DNA of 64,000 nt from an uncultured beta proteobacterium (GTDB lineage Bacteria > Pseudomonadota > Gammaproteobacteria > Burkholderiales > Burkholderiaceae_C): NCBI GenBank assembly GCA_903897005.1, contig CAITZZ010000029.1, positions 574 through 64,573 of the forward strand. Direction: 5' to 3'. Positions 8,657 through 17,348 of this stretch are shown in pieces (the stretch's first letter is position 1; each line of letters begins with the position of its first letter). Both the position numbers and the translations under genes were made by a program. The notes beneath the pieces are model-generated. The model had not been told where the DNA came from and did not search any database. It was given only the letters and a program-made list of their open reading frames with translations.

Positions 8657-9733
8657 TCATCGGAAATTGTTGGCGAATATCAAGCCAAACTCTAGTCCGT
8701 TCGTTCCGGCGAGACTACTGCAGGTGGGAGACACGGCCGTCAAGCCTGAAAGGCACGGTTGGTCTCGATTGAGAGACCAATAGTGCAGGCCTCCAAGTCC
8801 GTTTGTCGCGACAAATCGCCCCAGCGTGCGCGCGTCGTTCAAGGAAAAAATGTTGTCTGTCACGTCATTGACGCCAATCATCGGCGTTAGCTCAATGCGC
8901 CGCAAGGGCACACTGAATTCACGGCTGAAATTTTCGGCCACCAGGATAGCGGATGCTGCCATATTGCACCTGCTGAATTCGACAACGCAATTGTCAGGCT
9001 TGGCTTCACCGTAGTTCATGACCATCAGATTGATAAAGTAGTTCTTGAGGCCAACCTCGGAAATTGCTTTCATCACCTGTTTGCCGAGCGAGTTCAAGGT
9101 GGCCTTGCCATCCTCCGCCGATACCTGCGTTGCCAGAGTGAAACTTAGGCGTAGGTGGGGGTGCAGTCGAGTCGCGTGTTGCGCCTGGGTAAGCAGGTTC
9201 TTGATGTCCATTTCAGATTGACCGGATTCGATATCGAAGTCAACTCCCAGCAAATGGCGGGATCCATAGCGAGCGATGAACTTCTCCATGCCTTGCTCGC
9301 TGCTGCAAGTAAAGATGCCAGCCGTGCCACCCGTTGAAATAACGTAGTCGATGCCATTGCGCTGAAATAACTTGATGTTCGAGTCAGCGATTGCCTGACC
9401 AGCAACCCCGTTCCAGTGCTCGTTGCCGCATTCGCCGGTCGCGAATGCCAGCGTTAGCGCTTTGATACCTTCGGGAACAGGTCTCGTTGGTGGTTCAAGC
9501 CAGTTCATGTCGAAGGTGGATGACGACGACTTTGTGGTTGGCGCTAAGGACGGCAATGGAACATTGACGTCAAGGTAAGGGCTAAAAAGAAATTCGGTCA
9601 TCGCGCAGCGAGTTGATGACAGGCAACTGTAAAACTCAGATGTCGCAGGGACGGTCAAACCCATGGTCGCTATGACATACAGAGACAGTCCCATATGTGC
9701 GAGCACGGTCTTTGAAGTGGCAGCTATTTTCAT
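8657..9733 (-). CDS. Glycoside hydrolase family 18 (chitinase D-like / class III-like) protein, probably secreted
   Basis: The track ORF was trimmed to the ATG at 9733 (MKIAATSKTVLAHMGLSLYVIATMGLTV, signal-like). The GH18 catalytic block LLGVDFDIES and TLAFATGECG are present. G+C is visibly lower than in the neighbours. Confidence 0.75.
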   Translation of the reverse strand: MKIAATSKTVLAHMGLSLYVIATMGLTVPATSEFYSCLSSTRCAMTEFLFSPYLDVNVPLPSLAPTTKSSSSTFDMNWLEPPTRPVPEGIKALTLAFATGECGNEHWNGVAGQAIADSNIKLFQRNGIDYVISTGGTAGIFTCSSEQGMEKFIARYGSRHLLGVDFDIESGQSEMDIKNLLTQAQHATRLHPHLRLSFTLATQVSAEDGKATLNSLGKQVMKAISEVGLKNYFINLMVMNYGEAKPDNCVVEFSRCNMAASAILVAENFSREFSVPLRRIELTPMIGVNDVTDNIFSLNDARTLGRFVATNGLGGLHYWSLNRDQPCLSGLTAVSPTCSSLAGTNGLEFGLIFANNFR

Positions 9734-9862
9734 ATGATTGAAGGCATATTGAACCACCTTGTAGCAAGCCTCTGGGTACCAGATATTCTTTCGGCTCGCC
9801 TTTCCGATTAATGAATTTTCGGGAGCACAATTTACCTCTTGTGTCATTTGTTGGAATGTATT

Positions 9863-11077
9863 ATGAATCGCCACCGTTTTCAGGAGGACAATTTTGGCGT
9901 GGTGCCGCCTGACAGTATTGGGATTTGTCCACAACGCATTCGACGCTTGGTTGACGCTCTGCAGGCGGAGGTGGACCGTCAGCGCCTGCCCGGTGCCGTG
10001 GTGCTGATCGCACGCCACGGAAAATTGGCATTGTTTGAAAGCCTGGGTGTGCTCGACCCGGCGACGGGCACGCCTATGGAGCGGGATGCGATCTTTCGCA
10101 TTTACTCCATGACAAAGCCTGTGGTTTCAGTGGCCGCCATGATGCTGATGGAGCAGGGAAAACTGTTGCTGAGCGACCCGGTCGCCAGGTACCTGCCGGA
10201 GTACGCCAATCAAAAAGTCGCGCGTCAGGTGGAGGGCGTACTCCAATTGCAGGAAGTACGGCAGATGGCGACGGTTCAGGACTTGTTGCGGCACACTGCC
10301 GGCCTGACCTATGAATTCATGGGCAACAGCTCGGTACAGCGGCAGTATGCGCAGAACCGGATCGGCTCACGTGAGCGAAGCAACGCCGAGTTCTCCTTGC
10401 AACTTGCTGCATTGCCACTGATGTTTGAGCCTGGCACGGCATGGGAATATGGGCGCTCGACCGACGTCTTGGGTCGCCTGATTGAGGTGATCAGCGGGAC
10501 CACGCTCGGTGCCTACTTGCGAGAAAACATCTTCGCTCCCTTGGGCATGGATGAGACCTGGTTTTCTGTGCCGCAGCAGCATCAATACCGAATTGCCGAA
10601 CCTTTCCCCCGTGATCCCGACGGTGCCATGCAGATGCGCTTGGTTGACTTGCGTGAGGATCCCGCTATGGAGTCGGGTGGCGGGGGGCTGGCGTCAACCG
10701 CGCTTGATTACGCACGCTTCATGCAGTTCATGTTGAATCGGGGTGAACTCGATGGTGTACGTTTGCTCGGATCGCGAACCGTGGCCTACATGACCACAGA
10801 TCATCTTGGATCAATTCCAGTAAACAGTGGTGCTTCGCGCGAATTGCTTCCCCTAGGCTATGGCTTCGGTCTGGGCATTGCGGTTCGCAAGGAAACAGGC
10901 TTGGCTACCGAGCCTGGGTCTGTCGGTGCCTACTACTGGGGCGGGATGGCCGGGACCACTTTCTTTGTTGACCCGGCGGAAGATCTATTTGCCTGCCTGA
11001 TGTTGCAGGCACCCAATCAACGCGAGTACTACCGCAGGCTGTTTAGAAACCTGGTTTACGCCACGCTGCTGGACTAG
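9863..11077 (+). CDS. Serine hydrolase, beta-lactamase/esterase (class C-like) family
   Basis: S-x-x-K motif in IFRIYSMTKPVVSVAAMML. About 404 aa. The ATG at 9863 was chosen over the TTG at 9839. Confidence 0.85.
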   Translation: MNRHRFQEDNFGVVPPDSIGICPQRIRRLVDALQAEVDRQRLPGAVVLIARHGKLALFESLGVLDPATGTPMERDAIFRIYSMTKPVVSVAAMMLMEQGKLLLSDPVARYLPEYANQKVARQVEGVLQLQEVRQMATVQDLLRHTAGLTYEFMGNSSVQRQYAQNRIGSRERSNAEFSLQLAALPLMFEPGTAWEYGRSTDVLGRLIEVISGTTLGAYLRENIFAPLGMDETWFSVPQQHQYRIAEPFPRDPDGAMQMRLVDLREDPAMESGGGGLASTALDYARFMQFMLNRGELDGVRLLGSRTVAYMTTDHLGSIPVNSGASRELLPLGYGFGLGIAVRKETGLATEPGSVGAYYWGGMAGTTFFVDPAEDLFACLMLQAPNQREYYRRLFRNLVYATLLD

Positions 11078-11121
11078 GGCGCGCGACCCCACCCACATAG
11101 GGCAGGGCGTGCCGGCAAGGC

Positions 11122-13497
11122 CTACAGATTGTCAGTAAAGCTGCGCAATTTGTCGGATCGCGACGGGTGTTTTAGCTTGCGCAACGCCTTGGCTTCAATC
11201 TGGCGGATGCGCTCGCGCGTGACGTCGAATTGCTTGCCTACTTCTTCCAGTGTGTGGTCGCTCGTCATTTCAATGCCAAAACGCATGCGCAGCACTTTGG
11301 CTTCGCGTGGCGTCAGGCTGTCCAGAATGTCTTTCACGACATCGCGCAGACCCGCCTGCATGGCCGCCTCCATTGGCGCCGTGTTGGCGCTGTCTTCAAT
11401 GAAGTCGCCCAGGTGCGAATCGTCGTCGTCGCCGATCGGCGTCTCCATGGAGATCGGCTCCTTGGCGATCTTCATGATCTTGCGGATCTTGTCTTCCGGG
11501 ATCTCCATCCGTTCCGCCAGCACGCTCGCATCAGGCTCAAAACCAAACTCCTGCAGATGCTGGCGGCTGATGCGGTTCATCTTGTTGATGGTTTCGATCA
11601 TGTGCACAGGAATACGGATGGTACGGGCCTGGTCTGCGATCGAGCGCGTGATGGCTTGGCGAATCCACCAAGTGGCATAAGTGGAGAACTTGTAGCCACG
11701 GCGGTATTCGAATTTGTCCACTGCCTTCATCAGGCCGATATTGCCTTCCTGGATCAGGTCCAGAAATTGCAGACCGCGATTGGTGTATTTCTTGGCAATC
11801 GAAATGACCAGGCGCAAGTTGGCTTCGATCATTTCCTTCTTGGCAGCGCGTGAGGACGACTCGCCCTCATTCATGCGCTTGTTGATGTCCTTGAGTTGAT
11901 CCAGCGGCACCACCACGCGGGCTTGCAAGTCGGTCAATTTTTGTTGCAGGTCCTGCACCGGCGGGATGTTGCGCCCCATGATGGCGCTCCAGGGCTTGCC
12001 CAGCGTGGTTTGCTTTTCAATCCATTTGAGGTTAAGCAGTTGGCTTGCAACCCGGTTGCCATGCTTGTCGCGACCACTGAAATTGGCGATAAAGTGTTCT
12101 TGGGGGTACCCGCATTTATCAACGATGATGCGACGCAATTCCCGCTCCTTCTTGCGGATGTCGTCGACTTGAGCACGCACCATGTCGCACAATTTCTCAA
12201 TCGCCTTGGCAGTAAAGCGAATTGACATGAGCTCTTCGCTCAATAGCTTCTGCGTCTTGATATAGCTCGGTGAGCCGTAGCCTTCCCGGTCATAGATCTT
12301 GTGAATCTTCTCGAACAGGTCCCGCAACTTGTCAAACCGGCTCAGTGCCTCGCGCTTGAGTTCTTCAAGTTTTTTTGTCAACGCCTTGGAGCCACCTTTG
12401 CCGTCGTCATCGTCAGCGGCGTCGAATTCGTCGAAATCCTCTTCGGCCACATAGTCGTCGGCCTCGTTGGGATTGGAAAAGCCGTCCACAACGGTGGTGA
12501 TGACGACTTTGCCTTCACGAATCTCTTCGCCCAGACGCAGAATTTCGGCAATGGTGGCGGGAGATGCCGAGATCGCCTCCATCATGGCCATCAGTCCGCC
12601 TTCAATACGCTTGGCAATTTCAATTTCGCCCTCGCGTGTCAACAGTTCCACGGTCCCCATTTCGCGCATGTACATCCGCACCGGGTCGGTGGTGCGACCG
12701 AACTCGCTGTCTACAGTGGAGAGCGCAGCCTCGGCCTCTTCCTCAGCTTCTTCTTCAGTGGCGGCCGTCGGACCATTGTTGTTGAGCAACAGTGTCTCTG
12801 CGTCGGGTGTCTGTTCATACACGGCCACGCCCATGTCGTTTAGCATGGAGATCACGACTTCGAGCGTTTCTGCATCGACCAACTTGTCAGGCAGGTGATC
12901 TGAAATTTCTCCATGGGTCAGGTAGCCGCGGGTCTTACCCAGTTTGATCAGGGCCTTCAGACGCAGACGACGCTTGGCGATATCCTCCTCTGACAGCACG
13001 GTCTCATCCAGGCCAAACTCTTTCATCAGCGCGCGCTCTTTGGCTTTGCTGATCTTCATGCGAAGGGGTTTGACCTTCTCGCCGGTCGTGATCGGCTCCC
13101 CCACCAGGTCGGCTTCGATATCGGCCATGTCCTGGCTGTCTGCTGCGCTGGTCGTTGTCGCCAGCTTGGGCTTGCGGCCGCGTTTGGCGCCGGTCGTACC
13201 GGTTGCGCCGATCTGAGCCAAGGGGGCTTTCGGCGGCCGACCTGGCTTCTTCTTCAGGACCAGCTCGCCGGTTGGTGCCGGAGCAGCAGCCCTTTTTACT
13301 TCGGAGGCGACAGTTTTGGTGGCGGGCTTGGACGGGTGTGCCACCTTGACTTTTGATTCAGACATCTTTGGGGCTTGTTTGGTCGTCGCTTTTGGCAAGG
13401 CTTTGGCGGCAACGGATTTGGCGACGCTCTTGGGCTTGATTTTGGCGCCAGGCCGTGTGCTGGATTGGACGGGCTTCTTGGAGTTTTGAGCAGGCAT
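11122..13497 (-). CDS. rpoD: RNA polymerase sigma factor RpoD (sigma-70) with a long basic N-terminal extension
   Basis: 791 aa with region 2 ([27 protein letters not shown]) and region 4.2 ([15 protein letters not shown]...[20 protein letters not shown]). GAGG lies 6 nt upstream of the ATG at 13497. Confidence 0.97.
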   Translation of the reverse strand: MPAQNSKKPVQSSTRPGAKIKPKSVAKSVAAKALPKATTKQAPKMSESKVKVAHPSKPATKTVASEVKRAAAPAPTGELVLKKKPGRPPKAPLAQIGATGTTGAKRGRKPKLATTTSAADSQDMADIEADLVGEPITTGEKVKPLRMKISKAKERALMKEFGLDETVLSEEDIAKRRLRLKALIKLGKTRGYLTHGEISDHLPDKLVDAETLEVVISMLNDMGVAVYEQTPDAETLLLNNNGPTAATEEEAEEEAEAALSTVDSEFGRTTDPVRMYMREMGTVELLTREGEIEIAKRIEGGLMAMMEAISASPATIAEILRLGEEIREGKVVITTVVDGFSNPNEADDYVAEEDFDEFDAADDDDGKGGSKALTKKLEELKREALSRFDKLRDLFEKIHKIYDREGYGSPSYIKTQKLLSEELMSIRFTAKAIEKLCDMVRAQVDDIRKKERELRRIIVDKCGYPQEHFIANFSGRDKHGNRVASQLLNLKWIEKQTTLGKPWSAIMGRNIPPVQDLQQKLTDLQARVVVPLDQLKDINKRMNEGESSSRAAKKEMIEANLRLVISIAKKYTNRGLQFLDLIQEGNIGLMKAVDKFEYRRGYKFSTYATWWIRQAITRSIADQARTIRIPVHMIETINKMNRISRQHLQEFGFEPDASVLAERMEIPEDKIRKIMKIAKEPISMETPIGDDDDSHLGDFIEDSANTAPMEAAMQAGLRDVVKDILDSLTPREAKVLRMRFGIEMTSDHTLEEVGKQFDVTRERIRQIEAKALRKLKHPSRSDKLRSFTDNL

Positions 13498-13718
13498 GAA
13501 AAACCTCAGAATTTAGACAACAGACGCATTCAACAAACCGAATCAACGCACTACGTTTGGAGCGTTGTCCGAGTGGCGAAAAAATTGTTTCCGAAGGCAA
13601 GATGTGCGGGCGAACATTTGGTGTGCAGTCCTTGCGAAAATTAGCCAGTTGTGAACCATGTCAGCGTTTGGCCGGGTCGGAGGTGCTGCTGTCGCTCTTG
13701 CCGAGAATCGAGGGTTGG

Positions 13719-13747
13719 ATTATACCATCAGGTCAATGACGGGTCCA
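13719..13747 (-). promoter_or_regulatory. Candidate sigma-70 promoter for rpoD (extended -10)
   Basis: The minus strand reads TGGACC-N17-TATAAT, with TG immediately upstream (TGGTATAAT at 13727-13719). It overlaps the dnaG stop codon and leaves a leader of about 215 nt. Confidence 0.45.
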
Positions 13748-15647
13748 CTTGATCTGACGCTACGGCCAAGCTTGCTTCCAACTGACGTCGGCGCGCCTGT
13801 AATTCGCGGTAGCGAAGCAGGGCGGATGGGTCCACTTTGGCGTCCTGAATGGCCTGGGTTTCCTGTACTTTCAGGCGTTCAACCAGCATTCGATTCAGAA
13901 GGTTGCGCAATTCGGCAAGCGTTGCATCCGCTTCTTCGGCTGGCCCAAGCTCGTAATCTGTCATCAGGTGGACCGCCATCTGCTCTTGCGCGTGTCCCCG
14001 CAATCCCTCGCGCAATGCCACCCACGGCTGCGCTCCATGCTCATGCAATTGACCCTCCAGCCAGACAAACAGCGCGCCGTGGGGTTCGGGTAGGTCGCAC
14101 AGCATCGAGTGGTCCTCAGCCGACAACAAGTCCAGCGCTGCCATGTGGCCCAGCAGCAATCGGGTGGCGTGGTCGGCACGGCTGATTGGCACCGCTCGTC
14201 CCGTTAATCGGGGGCGCCGCGATGCACCTTTCGATAGATTCTGCAAATCGCTGCTGCTGAAAGGCATGCCGCCCGAGTGACGTCTTGAAATGACGTGCTG
14301 ATTAGCATCGTTAACGGAGGTCCACAAGTCAATCAGTTCGGCGCTGGCCAGTTGTACGTGGTCGGCAATTTCGACCAAGAGTTGTCTCTTGAGGGCGCCA
14401 TCGGGCAAGGGTGTCCACAGGGGGCGGGCACGGCTGGCCAGGTGGGCGCGACCTTCTGCAGTACTTAGCTCGCAGCCTTCACGTGCGGCATCGATCAGGA
14501 ATCGGCTCAAAGGCACCGCCTCGCTGATGAAACGTGCGAACGCCTCCTTGCCAAACTCACGGATGAAGCTGTCAGGGTCGTGCTCGGACGGCAGAAACAG
14601 AAACTTGACGCTGCGCACGTCGCTGGCAAAGGGAAGTGCACCATCGAGCGCTTTTCGCGCCGCCCGTCGCCCTGCATCATCGCCATCGAAGCTGAATATG
14701 ACAGAGTCCGTAAATCGAAACAATTTTTGCAGGTGCTCGGTTGTGCAGGCGGTTCCCAGCGTCGCCACGGTATTGGGAAAGCCGAGTTGGGCCAGCGCAA
14801 CCACGTCCATGTAACCTTCGGTCACCAATGCATAGCCATGGTCGCGCAAGGCACTTCTGGCTTCAAACAGGCCATACAGCTCGCGGCCCTTGCTGAAAAC
14901 GGGCGTTTCAGGTGAATTGAGGTATTTGGGCTTCTCATCGCCCAGGACACGGCCACCAAAGCCAATGCATTCGCCCTTCACGTTTCGGATTGGAAACATG
15001 ACCCGATCCCGAAAACGGTCGTAGCGTTTTTCGGCTGTGCCGGGTTCATCGTTCAGTATGACCAATCCGCTTTCGACCAGCAAGGGATCGTCATAATTCG
15101 GGAAGACACTGGCCAGACTGCGCCAGCCTTCGGGCGCGTAGCCCAGACCGAACTGCCGCGCAACCGCGCCCGACAAACCGCGCCTTTTGAAATAGTCCAC
15201 CGCTCTGTCGGAGTCCTTCAGATGCTTGCGATAGGCCTGTGCCGCCTTCTCAAGCACGTCGTTCAGAGTGACCTGCTTCTGTCGCTGTTCAGCCGCCCGG
15301 GCACGGTCCTGAGGACTGGCATCTTCTTCTGGTACCTGCAAGCCATATTTTTGAGCCAGATCCTTGACGGCTTCGACAAAAGTCATCCCCGTATGATCCA
15401 TCAGGAAACTGATGGCATTTCCGTTCTTGCCGCAACCGAAGCAATGGTAGAACTGCTTGGTCGGACTGACTGAAAAAGAGGGTGATTTCTCGCTGTGAAA
15501 TGGGCACAGACCGCTGAAGTTGGCGCCACCCTTCTTGAGCTGCACATAGCGCCCGACGATTTCGACCACGTCGGCGCGCGCTATCAGTTCTTGAATGAAG
15601 GTTTGGGGAATGCTCACAGTTCCTATTGTGGCGCAGTCGCACGCCAA
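13728..15647 (-). CDS. dnaG: DNA primase
   Basis: Zinc-finger CPFHSEKSPSFSVSPTKQFYHCFGCG, a TOPRIM region (EGYMDVVAL) and a C-terminal DnaB-binding domain. The start is ambiguous: TTG at 15647 or GTG at 15617. Confidence 0.93.
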   Translation of the reverse strand: MACDCATIGTVSIPQTFIQELIARADVVEIVGRYVQLKKGGANFSGLCPFHSEKSPSFSVSPTKQFYHCFGCGKNGNAISFLMDHTGMTFVEAVKDLAQKYGLQVPEEDASPQDRARAAEQRQKQVTLNDVLEKAAQAYRKHLKDSDRAVDYFKRRGLSGAVARQFGLGYAPEGWRSLASVFPNYDDPLLVESGLVILNDEPGTAEKRYDRFRDRVMFPIRNVKGECIGFGGRVLGDEKPKYLNSPETPVFSKGRELYGLFEARSALRDHGYALVTEGYMDVVALAQLGFPNTVATLGTACTTEHLQKLFRFTDSVIFSFDGDDAGRRAARKALDGALPFASDVRSVKFLFLPSEHDPDSFIREFGKEAFARFISEAVPLSRFLIDAAREGCELSTAEGRAHLASRARPLWTPLPDGALKRQLLVEIADHVQLASAELIDLWTSVNDANQHVISRRHSGGMPFSSSDLQNLSKGASRRPRLTGRAVPISRADHATRLLLGHMAALDLLSAEDHSMLCDLPEPHGALFVWLEGQLHEHGAQPWVALREGLRGHAQEQMAVHLMTDYELGPAEEADATLAELRNLLNRMLVERLKVQETQAIQDAKVDPSALLRYRELQARRRQLEASLAVASDQVDPSLT

Positions 15648-15697
15648 CCAACGCCTTGCGCGTCATCGGTTGGGTGACGGCTGTGTTCGCGCAGTCC

Positions 15698-16456
15698 CTA
15701 GCGCGGTGCCAGACGAATGGCTCCGTCCAGTCGGATCACTTCTCCGTTGAGCATGTCATTTTCAAATATGTGCACGGCCAACTTCGCATAGTCCAGTGGT
15801 GTGCCCAGGCGCGATGGGAAGGGCACGCTGGCGGCCAGTGAATCCTGCACTTCCTTGGGCATGCCGAACATCATGGGGGTGCCGAAGATACCTGGGGCAA
15901 TGGTCATGTTGCGAATTCCGTTGCGAGCCAGGTCGCGAGCGATCGGAAGTGTCATGCCGACAATGCCACCCTTGGAGGCGCTGTAAGCTGCCTGGCCAAT
16001 CTGACCGTCATAAGCAGCCACCGACGCGGTAGAAATCATCACGCCGCGCTCACCCGTCGACTCTGGAGCGTTCTTGCACATGGCGTCAGCTGCGAGGCGA
16101 ATCATATTGAAGCTGCCGATCAAATTGACGGTAATGCATTTGCTGAATACGCCAAGATTGTGCGCGCCGTTCTTGCCCACTGTCTTCTCAGCTGGGGCGA
16201 TGCCGGCGCAGTTGACCAGACCCATCAATTTGCCCATGGACACGGCCTTGGCCACGACAGCTTGCCCATCACTTTCCTGGCTTACATCGCATTTGACGAA
16301 AGCACCACCAATTTCCCGTGCCACAGCTTCGCCTTTTTCGACTTGCATATCGGCAATGAGCACCTGGCCGCCCTTGCTCGCGAGCATACGGGCGGTGCCT
16401 TCGCCCAAACCCGATGCGCCGCCCGTAACGATGAATACCTTGCCTGCAATGTCCAT
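15698..16456 (-). CDS. SDR family 3-hydroxyacyl-CoA dehydrogenase (3-hydroxy-2-methylbutyryl-CoA dehydrogenase-like)
   Basis: TGGASGLG cofactor motif and catalytic YSASK. The ATG at 16456 is preceded by GGAG at 6-nt spacing (track start 16474 trimmed). Confidence 0.88.
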   Translation of the reverse strand: MDIAGKVFIVTGGASGLGEGTARMLASKGGQVLIADMQVEKGEAVAREIGGAFVKCDVSQESDGQAVVAKAVSMGKLMGLVNCAGIAPAEKTVGKNGAHNLGVFSKCITVNLIGSFNMIRLAADAMCKNAPESTGERGVMISTASVAAYDGQIGQAAYSASKGGIVGMTLPIARDLARNGIRNMTIAPGIFGTPMMFGMPKEVQDSLAASVPFPSRLGTPLDYAKLAVHIFENDMLNGEVIRLDGAIRLAPR

Positions 16457-16472
16457 AGTGATCTCCAAAAAC

Positions 16473-16498
16473 AATTGACGTTAACGTAAACGTCAATT
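16473..16498. promoter_or_regulatory. Perfect 10-bp inverted repeat, candidate operator upstream of the SDR gene
   Basis: AATTGACGTT-aacgta-AACGTCAATT starts 17 nt upstream of the SDR ATG. It contains TTGACG on both strands. Confidence 0.4.
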
Positions 16499-16589
16499 AT
16501 CACTCATCCGGAATTTGTTTAGGGCCGATGCGGTGGACAAAAAGTGGTTTTGCGCTTGCTGCTATACTCGCACCTCTCGGGCAATCCTT

Positions 16590-16666
16590 AGGCGCGTAGC
16601 TCAGCTGGTTAGAGCACCACCTTGACATGGTGGGGGTCGTTGGTTCGAGTCCAATCGCGCCTACCA
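16590..16666 (+). tRNA. tRNA-Val (anticodon GAC)
   Basis: Hand-folded cloverleaf: acceptor AGGCGCG/CGCGCCT, D arm GCTC..GAGC, anticodon stem CCACC/GGTGG with loop TTGACAT, T arm GTTGG-TTCGAGT-CCAAT, encoded CCA. Confidence 0.95.
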
Positions 16667-16725
16667 AATTCCGTTTTCACGCAATCTCAGGGTAAACCTT
16701 GGGACCCTGCGCTGGGGTGTTCCCT

Positions 16726-16752
16726 AAAATGTGCTGCAGTGCAATACATTTT
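16726..16752. promoter_or_regulatory. Inverted repeat with a TGC-rich core upstream of phaR (possible autoregulatory site)
   Basis: AAAATGT-gctgcagtgcaat-ACATTTT lies 33 nt upstream of the phaR ATG. Confidence 0.3.
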
Positions 16753-16784
16753 TGATGGCCTCAATCCAGGCCACTGGAGTTCCC

Positions 16785-17318
16785 ATGCAAAGCAAAAAAG
16801 CCCCCGACGCAAAAGTCACGCAGCGTGTCATCAAAAAGTATCCCAATCGCAGGTTGTATGACACTGCCACTTCAAGTTACATCACTTTGGCGGAAGTCAA
16901 GCGCTTGGTGATGGGCAACGAGCCCTTCGCTGTGCGTGATGTCAAGACCGGAGAGGATCTGACGCGCAACATATTGCTTCAGATTATTCTTGAGGAAGAA
17001 TCCAATGGCTCTCCCATGTTTACCGCTCCGGTGCTGGCCAGTGTGATCCGCTTTTACGGAAATGCGATGCAGGGTTTTATGGGCGGCTATCTGGAGAAAA
17101 ACATTCAGACTTTGATGGAGGTGCAGGCGAAGTTCTCTGAGCAAGCCAAAGGATTGAGTCCTGAAATGTGGACACAGTTCCTGGCTGCGGAGTCTCCTGC
17201 GCTACAGGGAATCATGGGAGGCAGTTTGGAGCAATCTAGAAACTTGTTGCAGCAGATGCAGGATCAGATGCAGAAGCAGACAGGCCAAATGCTGGGTGCC
17301 TTTGGGATCAAGCGCTGA
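16785..17318 (+). CDS. phaR: Polyhydroxyalkanoate synthesis repressor PhaR
   Basis: IKKYPNRRLYDTATSSYITLAEVKRLV N-terminal DNA-binding domain. The ATG at 16785 has GGAG 5 nt upstream. The track start at 16731 lies inside the upstream inverted repeat and has no SD, so it was trimmed. Confidence 0.9.
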   Translation: MQSKKAPDAKVTQRVIKKYPNRRLYDTATSSYITLAEVKRLVMGNEPFAVRDVKTGEDLTRNILLQIILEEESNGSPMFTAPVLASVIRFYGNAMQGFMGGYLEKNIQTLMEVQAKFSEQAKGLSPEMWTQFLAAESPALQGIMGGSLEQSRNLLQQMQDQMQKQTGQMLGAFGIKR

Positions 17319-17348
17319 TCCGTCAATAAACGCAGGGAAATTGAGTTA

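Noticed and set aside
8253-8783. Overlapping ORFs (176, 135, 81, 93 and 61 aa) in the aapJ upstream region
   Set aside because: They overlap one another in different frames and run into the GH18 3' end. They have no SD and no recognisable domain. The region is better explained as regulatory DNA or a decayed remnant.
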